DNA of 64,000 nucleotides from Bacteroidetes bacterium UBA3022 (GTDB lineage Bacteria > Bacteroidota > Bacteroidia > Chitinophagales > BACL12). How positions within the stretch are numbered: the first letter of the stretch is position 1; each line of letters begins with the position of its first letter. Position numbers and translations under genes: made by a program. Where the stretch lies: positions 6,261 through 70,260 of the forward strand of contig DDYY01000064.1 of assembly GCA_002346225.1 (NCBI GenBank), in the 5' to 3' direction. Shown here one piece after another: positions 1-9,273 of this stretch. The notes beneath the pieces were generated by a model. That model was not told the origin of the DNA. It was given only the letters and a program-made list of their open reading frames with translations, and searched no databases.

Positions 1-369
1 GCTTTTCTCAGCAGGATTACCCGTGTGGCTGCGCTGGAAGTATTGCAGCAGGATTACATCCGCACGGCAAGGGCTAAGGGTTTATCGGAAGGGAAGGTAT
101 TGTACCGGCATGCCTTCCGCAATGCCCTGTTACCTGTTATTACAGTTTTTGCTAATGTGTTTCCCGCTGCCATTGGCGGATCGGTCATACTGGAAACCAT
201 CTTCACCATACCCGGCATGGGCAGGGCCATCATAGAAGCTATCTACCAGGAAGACTATCCGATGATTGTAAGTGTATTCACCCTCACCGGGGTGTTGACG
301 CTTTGCGGGTACCTCCTGGCCGACATCCTGTATGCCATGACCGACCCCAGAATATCCTGGAAGAAATGA
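1..369 (+). CDS. Peptide/nickel ABC transporter permease (OppB/DppB-like), 5'-truncated by window edge
   Basis: Frame is open from base 1. EAA-loop signature DYIRTARAKGLSE..V..RHAFRNAL, ETIFTIPGMG, and C-terminal DPRI. Confidence 0.92.
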   Translation, partial: AFLSRITRVAALEVLQQDYIRTARAKGLSEGKVLYRHAFRNALLPVITVFANVFPAAIGGSVILETIFTIPGMGRAIIEAIYQEDYPMIVSVFTLTGVLTLCGYLLADILYAMTDPRISWKK

Positions 370-1694
370 AAGCGCCTACCTCCCATAGCAATCGACAACG
401 CGCATGGCGGCAGTTCCGGCAAAACACGCCGGCCATGGTAGCTATGGTTTTTTTAACCCTGCTGACAGGGATGGCACTGCTGGCTCCCTATCTTGCCAAT
501 CATCGCCCCCTGTACGCAGTGGTTGGCGATGCCCGTATCTGGCCTGCATTTCACCCCGATAAAACCTACACATTGACAATGGCTGACGGGCAAACCCTGC
601 GGCTGCAGAACGATATCACGGATTGGCGCAAAGTACCCATGGAAAGGGTCGTGTGGCCGGTAATTACTTATTCCCCCGGCGTCAACGACTACAATAATAC
701 AGGCTTCGTAGCGCCCAATGACCCACAGTTCATGGTGGATGCTGCGGGAAAAACTGTTCCACTATCCGGCAGGCTAAAACACCAGCTGGGCACCAACAAT
801 ACCGGTAAAGATGTAGCAGCAGGGTTGATACATGGCGCGCGGTATTCGCTTTCCATCGGTTTTGTTGCTATGGGCATAGCCGGATTTCTGGGCATTTTGC
901 TGGGTGCTATGGCCGGCTACTTCGGTGACCGGCAGCTGGCCATGCGGCGCGGACAATGGCTCATGCTGGTTCCGGGCTTGCTGCTCGGCTGGATGTATGG
1001 TTTTTATGTGCGCAGGTACCTGCTGGCCGATGCGGCTGCAACAAGTCCCATTGCAGGGGCACTGCAGCTGTGCTGGAGTGTGCTTATTGCCGCGGGCATC
1101 CTGTTGCTGGCTTTGTGGGCAGGAAAGTGGTTGAGTCGGATGCGGTTTTTGCATCATCGCCATTTCATTCCCGTGGACAGTCTGGTTTCCCGCACCATCG
1201 AGGTCGTTCATTCCCTGCCTGTTTTCATCCTCATCATTACAGTTGCCGCCATCACCCGTCCATCGCTGTTGCACGTGATGGTTATTATCGGCCTGACCTC
1301 CTGGACCAGCATTGCCCGTCTTACAAGGGCGGAGTTTCTGAAAATCCGACAGTTGGATTATATCAGTGCTGCCAATGCCCTGGGCTTCAGCAGCATGCGC
1401 ATTATCCTTCGGCATGCACTTCCCAATGCCATCGCCCCTGCGCTGGTGAGCATCGCCTTTGGAATTGCTGCTGCCATACTGATTGAATCTTCCCTTTCCT
1501 TTTTGGGTGTAGGTGTTCCCCCCGGTACGGTCACCTGGGGTTCTATGGTGAATGAAGGGAGGCAACAATTCAGCGCCTGGTGGCTGGTGGTTTTTCCGGG
1601 ACTCCTGATTTTTACTACGGTTACGGCATACAATCTTATTGGTGAAGGGCTCCGGGATGCCTTTGATCCCAGGCTCGGGGAAACCACATCATAA
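366..1694 (+). CDS. Peptide ABC transporter permease (OppC/DppC-like)
   Basis: ATG at 366 overlaps the upstream stop (ATGA). Motifs HQLGTNNTGKDV, ARLTRAEFL, DYISAANALG..RIILRHALPNA, NLIGEGLRDAFDP. Confidence 0.92.
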   Translation: MKAPTSHSNRQRAWRQFRQNTPAMVAMVFLTLLTGMALLAPYLANHRPLYAVVGDARIWPAFHPDKTYTLTMADGQTLRLQNDITDWRKVPMERVVWPVITYSPGVNDYNNTGFVAPNDPQFMVDAAGKTVPLSGRLKHQLGTNNTGKDVAAGLIHGARYSLSIGFVAMGIAGFLGILLGAMAGYFGDRQLAMRRGQWLMLVPGLLLGWMYGFYVRRYLLADAAATSPIAGALQLCWSVLIAAGILLLALWAGKWLSRMRFLHHRHFIPVDSLVSRTIEVVHSLPVFILIITVAAITRPSLLHVMVIIGLTSWTSIARLTRAEFLKIRQLDYISAANALGFSSMRIILRHALPNAIAPALVSIAFGIAAAILIESSLSFLGVGVPPGTVTWGSMVNEGRQQFSAWWLVVFPGLLIFTTVTAYNLIGEGLRDAFDPRLGETTS

Positions 1695-1716
1695 CAGAAT
1701 GCGTTGTTATTCGTTA

Positions 1717-1724
1717 TACATTTG
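1717..1724 (+). promoter_or_regulatory. Bacteroidota sigma70 -7 element (TACATTTG)
   Basis: Exact TAnnTTTG match 13 nt upstream of the ATG at 1738. Confidence 0.55.
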
Positions 1725-1737
1725 TACTATAGCAATC

Positions 1738-3198
1738 ATGCGCCCATTACTCCTTTTACTATGCAGTTTATTGGTTGTCCGCACCTCGGGCCAGCAGATT
1801 TATATATCGCAGGCACAGAAGCTGAGCGCTGAAATGATAGGCTTTGATATTCTCGGAACGCTGTCGGGCGGAGAATTGCTGGTGTACAAGAAATACCGCT
1901 TCGACGATGAAATAGATATTTATGACAAACAAATGAACCTGAAGCGTTCCAAGAACCTGACGCTCAAAAACATCACCTACGAAACCAAGGAATTTATCAA
2001 ACTGGGCGATCGCATTTTCCAGTTTTACGAAGAGAAAAACGGCAAGGTCACTTATCTGAAATACCAGCAATACACCTTATCGCTGGAACGCAAAGACGAG
2101 CCGGTCCTGATAGACAGCACGGTATCGCGCATGGGCGAAAGCTATTCGGGTTACCGCATTATCCGCTCTGAAAACGAGCAATATGCCATGGCCTATAAAT
2201 ACGCCTACGAGGGAAGTGATTTATCGCGTACCTTTTTAAAGGTTATCAATCAGGAAGGCCGCATTGTTATGAACAGCGAGTTTACCCTGCCGGTAGTGGA
2301 TTTCAGTGGTGAGCCGGTAGAAGTAACCCTGAGTGCATTCGGGCGTCCGGTTTTTCTTTTTCACAACCTCGATTTTACCTGTCGCAAGGAAAAAAGCGAC
2401 ATCAGTTACTACTTTGTTTTCCCCGGACATGGCACAGCTTTCACAGATACACGCATCAACGGTATCGATGGGCATTGTGTGCAGGAGATGGGTTTCGGTA
2501 TCGACAATTCACACAATCTTGTAGTGGCATCGGGTTTCTTTGGCGATGATGGTCGCTACAGCATGGAAGGCTTTGCGTACCTGCAGATCAATCCTACCAG
2601 CGGGAATATCATCCATCAGTCTGCCTACAGCTACAGCAGCGAGCTCAAGCAAAGCATTACCGGCATGATGGAAAGGTCGGAGCGCTATACGCCGGTTTAT
2701 CAGGTGACAGAGGTGCTGCCTCGCATGGATGGCGGTGCCCTTTTGGTAGGTGAATACTACGACAAGAACATTGAAAACTACGATTATACCAACTACGATC
2801 CCTACTATGGTTATCGCACCAGCACCCGACAGGTAGAGTACTACGAGTACAGCGATATTCTTTTACTTTCGATAGATGCCAATGGCGAACTCGACTGGAG
2901 CAATATCATCCGCAAGCGGCAACTTTCGAAGGAAGACCGTGGTGTCAATAGTTCATTCGGACTCATCAACAACTACCAGCAATTGTATTTCCTTTTCAAC
3001 GAAGACATTTCCCAAAACTCCAACGTGCTCTTGTATCAGCTGGCCGCCGACGGCACCCTCGACCGGAAAAGCCTGTTCAACCCTTCCAAGCAGGAGGTAG
3101 AACTGCGACCGGTAGCTGCCCGCCAGGTCAGCCACAACGAACTGGTTGTTCCCAGCATTTATAAACGTAATTTAGCGTTCATAAAAGTCCAGCTGTAA
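1738..3198 (+). CDS. Secreted/periplasmic hypothetical protein (Bacteroidota type)
   Basis: Long ORF. Signal peptide MRPLLLLLCSLLVVRTSG-QQ. Beta-rich repeats; no catalytic motif recognised. Confidence 0.75.
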   Translation: MRPLLLLLCSLLVVRTSGQQIYISQAQKLSAEMIGFDILGTLSGGELLVYKKYRFDDEIDIYDKQMNLKRSKNLTLKNITYETKEFIKLGDRIFQFYEEKNGKVTYLKYQQYTLSLERKDEPVLIDSTVSRMGESYSGYRIIRSENEQYAMAYKYAYEGSDLSRTFLKVINQEGRIVMNSEFTLPVVDFSGEPVEVTLSAFGRPVFLFHNLDFTCRKEKSDISYYFVFPGHGTAFTDTRINGIDGHCVQEMGFGIDNSHNLVVASGFFGDDGRYSMEGFAYLQINPTSGNIIHQSAYSYSSELKQSITGMMERSERYTPVYQVTEVLPRMDGGALLVGEYYDKNIENYDYTNYDPYYGYRTSTRQVEYYEYSDILLLSIDANGELDWSNIIRKRQLSKEDRGVNSSFGLINNYQQLYFLFNEDISQNSNVLLYQLAADGTLDRKSLFNPSKQEVELRPVAARQVSHNELVVPSIYKRNLAFIKVQL

Positions 3199-4179
3199 GT
3201 GCTTCGTCCGCTATTTTCCGCTCAACCTGCAGGATTCCTTTTTCTCCTGTTTTTTGTTGCCGCCTTCTCGGTGGAACCGTTGCTGCACCCGATGCCGGTA
3301 GAGGAATTTTCATTGCTGCAACAGTACGGAATTCATTTTCCTGTGGCTGAGCAAATTCCTCCGGTTGTCTTTACGGTACTGTATGGTTTATTTCTGTTGA
3401 CCATCGGATTTGTGGTGAGCTACTCCGCAATGATTGCGCGCTTTACCCACCACCTTTCCCTGTTGCCTACTTTTGTTTTTTACGCCCTGGGCATGCTGGC
3501 GCCGGTGGCAGTTCCCCATATAACATCCTTATTTTTTGTGCTGATTGCTGTGTTGCTGTTGCAGCAAATCGCCCGGGTATACAACCGTCAGCGGGCCGAC
3601 TCTCTGCTGCTGAACGCCGGACTGCTCTTTGGTTTGCTGACATTGCTGGAACTGCAATGGCTGCTGGCACTACCTGTTCTTTTTATAATGATTGCCCGTC
3701 TGCGAAATCTGCAATGGCGGGAAAGCATAGTAGTACTTTCAGGAGTAGTGGTAGTTCATTTCCTGACAGCTACTGCGCTGCTGTGGTTGCAAGGCTGGCC
3801 GGCCGTGGTTGCCAGGTATGATGTACAGCTCTTCCGCACCGACTGGCCGGAACTATCGTGGGTAGAAATCGCGCAACTGGCTATAGTGGCCGTTCTGGTC
3901 GCTGCCGCGTATTTAACGCTGCTGGGCAAACTGAGCAGTCAGATTATTCAATTCAGAAGAAATTTTTCCATCTGGAATATTCTATTCCTCACTGCAACGG
4001 CGCTCTGGATCATCAGCGGTACCGCCTACCCTGCCTACAGCGGCACGGTGCTGGCCATGGCGGCAGCCTTTCTTGCCTGGTGGTGGCAATTTTCCGTGCA
4101 ACAGGAAAGGGCTACTATCTGGGTACTCACACTAGCAGGACTTGTATTCGTTTTCCAATACATTAACTTTGGGGCTTAA
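3199..4179 (+). CDS. Polytopic membrane protein (DUF6427-like)
   Basis: About 9-10 hydrophobic segments. GTG start abuts the upstream stop. LLNAGLLFG and WRE motifs; position upstream of purQ is recalled as typical in Bacteroidota. Confidence 0.6.
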   Translation: MLRPLFSAQPAGFLFLLFFVAAFSVEPLLHPMPVEEFSLLQQYGIHFPVAEQIPPVVFTVLYGLFLLTIGFVVSYSAMIARFTHHLSLLPTFVFYALGMLAPVAVPHITSLFFVLIAVLLLQQIARVYNRQRADSLLLNAGLLFGLLTLLELQWLLALPVLFIMIARLRNLQWRESIVVLSGVVVVHFLTATALLWLQGWPAVVARYDVQLFRTDWPELSWVEIAQLAIVAVLVAAAYLTLLGKLSSQIIQFRRNFSIWNILFLTATALWIISGTAYPAYSGTVLAMAAAFLAWWWQFSVQQERATIWVLTLAGLVFVFQYINFGA

Positions 4180-4188
4180 ATAGTGCTC

Positions 4189-4896
4189 ATGCGTTTCGGT
4201 GTTGTCATTTTCCCGGGTTCTAATTGCGATCAGGATATTATCCATGTGTTGCGTGATGTTTGTCAGTGCGAGGTTATCGAACTGTGGCATAAGCAAACCG
4301 ACCTGAGCGGACTGACCACCGATGATTGTATTGTGCTGCCCGGCGGCTTCTCTTATGGTGATGCCCTCCGCACAGGCGCTATCGCCCGTTTCTCCCCCAT
4401 TATGCAGGCTGTTATCCGGCATTGCAACGAAGGAGGTTTTGCATGGGGTATCTGCAACGGCTTCCAGATTTTATGCGAAGCCGGTTTGTTACCGGGCGTA
4501 CTGCTGGAGAACGCCAACCAGCAATTTATCTGTAAAAATGTTTGGTTAAAGGCCGATAATCATGCCAGCAGGGTCAATGCGACCGTCGAAGACCGTCCGC
4601 TTTCCATTCCCATTGCCCATGCCGAAGGCAGGTATTATGCTGATGCTGCGACCATCGAAGCGCTGGAAAACAACCAGCAAGTGTTGTTTCGCTATTGCGA
4701 TGCCGACGGAAATGTAACCGCCGCTGCCAATCCCAACGGGGCTGTCAATAACATTGCCGGTGTTTGCAACAAAGAACGCAATGTCTATGGCATGATGCCC
4801 CACCCCGAGCGCGCTGCTGAAGGCGCTTTAGGCAATACTGACGGGTATCAGCTGTTCGCATCTTTTCTGGCAGCAGCCGGAACCATGGCGTCATAG
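4189..4896 (+). CDS. purQ: Phosphoribosylformylglycinamidine synthase subunit PurQ
   Basis: FPGSNCD, LPGGFSYGD, GICNGFQIL (catalytic Cys), IAHAEG, GMMPHPER. Confidence 0.97.
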   Translation: MRFGVVIFPGSNCDQDIIHVLRDVCQCEVIELWHKQTDLSGLTTDDCIVLPGGFSYGDALRTGAIARFSPIMQAVIRHCNEGGFAWGICNGFQILCEAGLLPGVLLENANQQFICKNVWLKADNHASRVNATVEDRPLSIPIAHAEGRYYADAATIEALENNQQVLFRYCDADGNVTAAANPNGAVNNIAGVCNKERNVYGMMPHPERAAEGALGNTDGYQLFASFLAAAGTMAS

Positions 4897-5007
4897 GGAA
4901 CTAATAATCGCCCCCCGGCGCTTGTAAGATCATACCATTGTAAGCCTTTTTTTCCGACAATGGCTTAACTTTACCATCCTGCTATTTTTGCAACTTACAT
5001 TTTGTGC

Positions 5008-7455
5008 ATGAAGAAAATAATCAAGTCTTTAGTGTGGATAGGATGCCTGCTGCTGAGCAGTGCAACTTATGCGCAAATCCTGCAACCCGTAACCTGGGAG
5101 GTTTCTGCTGAACCGACAGAGCCGGGTGTCTATACCCTGGTGTTCAAAGCCAAAGTAGAAGATGGCTGGAAAGTATATGCCAACGACATTGCAAGCGGCG
5201 GTCCCATTCCCACCACCCTCAACTTCGATAAACTTCCCGATGGCGTGACCCTGGTGGGCGGTCTGGAACAGCTGGGAAGAAAGGAAGAGGCAGTAGAACC
5301 CCTGTTCGACAATATGCTCTTGAAGTATTTCAAGAAAAGACTCACCCTGCGCCAGGTGGTAAAGGTTTCTAAAAACGCCACCCTCAGCGGTTATGTGGAA
5401 TTCATGACCTGCGACGACCGACAGTGTTTACCTCCGGAAGCCGTGGAGTTCAGTTTCGATTTGAAAGCAGCAGATGGTGGAGGTACGACAGCGGTAGTTC
5501 CGGGAGGGCAGACAGGCGGCATCCTGGAGCCGGTTAAATGGACCTTCAGCACCGAACCGGCCGGCGATAATGAATATTATGTTCACTTTAAAGCAGCTAT
5601 CGATAATGGCTGGAAAGTATACTCACAGCATATTGCATCGGGAGGCCCTATTCCCACTTCTTTTCACTTCAAGAATGCCGGCACCGGATATGAGCTGATA
5701 GGCGAGGTGGAAGAGCTGAGCAAGGCGGAAAAGAAAAAGGAACCCCTATTCGACAATATGTTGCTCATTTATTTCAAGCATGAAGCAACTTTTCGCCAGA
5801 AGATACGACTGACAGATACCGCAGCCATTGTGAAAGGCTATCTCGAATTCATGACCTGCGATGCCACCCAATGCCTGGCACCTTCCTCTGAGAATTTTGC
5901 CCTCGATCTCACCAGTGGAGTTGCCCTGGCGGTGGAAACCGATACTACGGAAACAGCAGCAGTGAAAAAGATAGACTTCGGTATCGACACCACTCCCCTG
6001 CAGGATTGTAACGACGAAGTAGCTGCCGAAGCAACCGGGGAAGAGGAACCATCGAAGGGACTGCTGAACGTATTTTTCCTGGGTTTTGTCGGTGGATTGC
6101 TGGCCCTGCTCACGCCCTGTGTCTTTCCTATGATACCATTGACCGTAAGCTTTTTCACCAAACGCTCACAGGCACGTTCGAAAGGCGTATTCGAAGCCTT
6201 CTTTTATGGCTTTTGCATCATCCTGATTTACGCCCTGCTGGCTTTACCATTCGTAATATTCAAATTACCGCCCGATACCCTGAATGCCATTTCCACCAGC
6301 GTGGTGCTGAATGTGGTGTTCTTTGTGGTTTTTCTGGCCTTCGCGTTTAGCTTCTTCGGCTATTATGAACTTACCCTGCCCAACTCCTGGCTCAACAAAG
6401 CCGACAGCGCCAGTAATGTAGGTGGCCTGGTGGGAATATTCTTCATGGCCCTGACACTCGCATTGGTGTCCTTCAGCTGTACCGGTCCGATACTGGGCAG
6501 TCTGCTGGTGGGAACACTGACAAGTGACGGCGGACAAATGAACCTGATGGCGGGTATGATAGGCTTTGGAGCAGCACTTGCCCTTCCTTTTGGATTGTTC
6601 GCTGCGTTCCCGCAGATGATGAATAAATTGCCCAGCTCCGGTGGATGGCTGAACAGTGTGAAGGTGGTATTAGGGTTTGCAGAAGTAGCGCTGGCATTCA
6701 AGTTTTTCAGCAATGCCGACTTGGTTTCCCACTGGGGACTCCTGAAGCGCGAAGTGTTCTTTGCCATCTGGGCATTGTGCGGCATAGGCATTTTCCTTTA
6801 CCTGATGGGCTGGATTAAATTTCCGCATGATAGCCCGGGCAAGGTGAAAATAAGTCCGGTGAGAGGTGTGCTGGCAGCTTTGTTTCTGGTAATAGGCTTG
6901 TATTTCGGATACGGCATCATCAAGGGTTCCAACCCCAAACTGGCGAGTGGCTTTGCACCGCCTATGTTCTATAGCATCTATGAGCAGGATTCCCATTGTC
7001 CGCTGGGGCTCGATTGTTACCACGACTGGGATGAGGCCCTGGCGTATGCGCAGGAAGTGAACAAACCCATTATGATTGATTTTACAGGGTGGGCTTGTGT
7101 GAATTGTCGCAAGATGGAAGAACATGTATGGCCGGAGAAAAGTGTGTACGACCGTATTGCCGAAGACTATGTGCTCGTGAGTCTGTATGTAGACGACAAG
7201 GAGATGCTGCCTGAAGAAGAGCAGTACATCTCAGAGTTCAGCGGTAAGAAAATCCGCACCATCGGCAACAAATGGAGCGATTTTCAGAGCAGCTATTTCG
7301 GTGTGAACTCACAGCCTTATTATGTGCTCATTGCACCCAATGGCAAGGTCCTGAATACACCTGTTCCCTATACACCTGATGTGGAAGATTACGCTTCATT
7401 CCTGGAATGCGGACTGGAAGCTTTTGAGTCTCAGAATGCCACTGCTACCCGATAA
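5008..7455 (+). CDS. dsbD: Thiol:disulfide interchange protein DsbD with duplicated N-terminal domain
   Basis: Signal peptide. Two N-terminal Ig-like domains, each with CxxxxC. TM domain with TPCVFPMIP and SCTGP. Thioredoxin domain WACVNCRKME. Confidence 0.9.
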   Translation: MKKIIKSLVWIGCLLLSSATYAQILQPVTWEVSAEPTEPGVYTLVFKAKVEDGWKVYANDIASGGPIPTTLNFDKLPDGVTLVGGLEQLGRKEEAVEPLFDNMLLKYFKKRLTLRQVVKVSKNATLSGYVEFMTCDDRQCLPPEAVEFSFDLKAADGGGTTAVVPGGQTGGILEPVKWTFSTEPAGDNEYYVHFKAAIDNGWKVYSQHIASGGPIPTSFHFKNAGTGYELIGEVEELSKAEKKKEPLFDNMLLIYFKHEATFRQKIRLTDTAAIVKGYLEFMTCDATQCLAPSSENFALDLTSGVALAVETDTTETAAVKKIDFGIDTTPLQDCNDEVAAEATGEEEPSKGLLNVFFLGFVGGLLALLTPCVFPMIPLTVSFFTKRSQARSKGVFEAFFYGFCIILIYALLALPFVIFKLPPDTLNAISTSVVLNVVFFVVFLAFAFSFFGYYELTLPNSWLNKADSASNVGGLVGIFFMALTLALVSFSCTGPILGSLLVGTLTSDGGQMNLMAGMIGFGAALALPFGLFAAFPQMMNKLPSSGGWLNSVKVVLGFAEVALAFKFFSNADLVSHWGLLKREVFFAIWALCGIGIFLYLMGWIKFPHDSPGKVKISPVRGVLAALFLVIGLYFGYGIIKGSNPKLASGFAPPMFYSIYEQDSHCPLGLDCYHDWDEALAYAQEVNKPIMIDFTGWACVNCRKMEEHVWPEKSVYDRIAEDYVLVSLYVDDKEMLPEEEQYISEFSGKKIRTIGNKWSDFQSSYFGVNSQPYYVLIAPNGKVLNTPVPYTPDVEDYASFLECGLEAFESQNATATR

Positions 7456-7465
7456 ATGACCCAGT

Positions 7466-9238
7466 TTAGCGGGTTAATACAAAAGCGCCCCAATAATAAG
7501 GAGCCGGATAGTTGGATCGGATAAGTTCTCTTGCTGTGGTAAAAGCCCTTTGTACATCGTTGGTTTCGAGCAGATGGCTGTACAACTCCTGCATAAACCG
7601 GGCAGTCTGTGCATCCGGCACCTCCCACAATGTCATCAGCAGGTAGTCGGTTCCCGCCATGCGGAAAGCACGCTGCAGTCCGTAGAGACCTTCACCGTCA
7701 TCCATTGTTCCCATGCCTGTATTGCAAGCAGATAAAACCACCAGGGGAACCCCGGTCAGATCGCTGTTGGCAATATCGAGTGCGGTAAGTATGCCGTCCT
7801 TCCCTTCTGTGGTCTGTTCGCCCCGCCAGCTGGGAGCGGCACCGGCCATGAGCAGCCCGGAGCGCAACAACGGATTTTCGGCTACGGTAAAGGCATTGTC
7901 GGCCGGTTCTTCCCGCTGATTTTCAAGAAAGAAGCCATGGGTGGCAATATGAATAATCGCACCTTCTACATTTCCCGATAAGGCATTGAACGCCTCCTCC
8001 GTAGCCATTTCATCCTTAAATACCTGTACATCGAGCGCCTTATTGGCTGCCATCTCTGCTATAGCATTTACTTCCGCCCGCGTGCCCGGAAGGTACTTCC
8101 AGTTGGCACCACGGCTAACTCCCGGCTCCATCATTGTTTCGGGAAGGGCACCGTTACTGATTCCGATGGCAGCTGCAGTAGCCTTTTGCTCATAATTGAT
8201 CCCGCCAAACAGCAGGAGCTTACCGGCAACAACAGCAGCAGTGCTGTCGCTCGCTGTTGCCAGCAATCCCGTTGTGCTGGTCCATTCAAAAGTATAGCGG
8301 TCAGCCAGTACATGGTCGTAGTCAAACGGGATGGCAGATGGATTCAGGAGGTGCAGCCATCCGGAAGGCGCCACGTGAATGGTATCGCCCGGCTGGAGAA
8401 AAGGTTCTATTTTTTTCCAGATAAGTGCATACAGGCGCTGGCCTGCCATATCATCGGGATCATCCATATCCGGCTCCGGAAAACCGTACAGATAGTTGAC
8501 ACGGTCTATGGTCGGTTGGTCTTTCTTTGCCAACAATATGCTGCTGATTTCCTTTTCCTCGCCCAGTCGTACCATGACAGGCCAGGGCATATCACGGCGC
8601 AGCACAAAAGCCACATACAACAACGAATCCGTCCAGTGCTCCCCATCGAAGTAGCGGAAATGCGAGAACTCTACTGCAACATGTTGATCGGGAAGCGCCG
8701 CCCGCACATCTTCCCAGCGAACACCCAGCAGGTCAGGAAGTCCGTTATAAGATGCCGCTATCCGGTACAAATCCTTTTCGTACTGAATAGCGCGCTTCTC
8801 CATTTTCGGTAGTCCCTGCAGGCGTTTCTGTTCCGGCAAGCTGTATTGATCTGCCAGCTTGTCCTTGAGCTCCGTCCATTCGTTAAACAGGCTGATGGCA
8901 GCTGTATCTCCACTCTGCAGGATGGTGCGCCGCATCTCCCTGCCCGTTTGAAGAATCATACCCTTGGTAGCAAGTGTCAGGTTCAATGCATCTCCCGCCA
9001 ATTCCGGATACCTGTCGGAAAACTGGTAGCAGAACCCCCGGTGCATATCGAGGTTGTAGCGATAGCGGGCAATATATGTCTGCTGTTCTTCTTCTGCCAG
9101 AAACGCGAAGCTCTCCTGCAGGTCGGTAAGGAATAATGTTATGACCTGCTGTTGTCCCCTTATGGCAGCTTCCCAGCTTTGACCATTAGCAGATACATAG
9201 GGAAAAGCCAATACCAGGGCTATCAGCAGTATTCTCAT
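7466..9238 (-). CDS. CHAT-domain (caspase-like) protein with signal peptide
   Basis: HIATHGFF (His), LSACNTG (Cys), GLQRAFRMAG, LWEVPD, PYYWGAF. Signal peptide MRILLIALVLAFPYVSANG-Q. Confidence 0.9.
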   Translation of the reverse strand: MRILLIALVLAFPYVSANGQSWEAAIRGQQQVITLFLTDLQESFAFLAEEEQQTYIARYRYNLDMHRGFCYQFSDRYPELAGDALNLTLATKGMILQTGREMRRTILQSGDTAAISLFNEWTELKDKLADQYSLPEQKRLQGLPKMEKRAIQYEKDLYRIAASYNGLPDLLGVRWEDVRAALPDQHVAVEFSHFRYFDGEHWTDSLLYVAFVLRRDMPWPVMVRLGEEKEISSILLAKKDQPTIDRVNYLYGFPEPDMDDPDDMAGQRLYALIWKKIEPFLQPGDTIHVAPSGWLHLLNPSAIPFDYDHVLADRYTFEWTSTTGLLATASDSTAAVVAGKLLLFGGINYEQKATAAAIGISNGALPETMMEPGVSRGANWKYLPGTRAEVNAIAEMAANKALDVQVFKDEMATEEAFNALSGNVEGAIIHIATHGFFLENQREEPADNAFTVAENPLLRSGLLMAGAAPSWRGEQTTEGKDGILTALDIANSDLTGVPLVVLSACNTGMGTMDDGEGLYGLQRAFRMAGTDYLLMTLWEVPDAQTARFMQELYSHLLETNDVQRAFTTARELIRSNYPAPYYWGAFVLTR

Positions 9239-9273
9239 TTCCAGCAACTATACCGGTGAACTGAATTTTTCTG

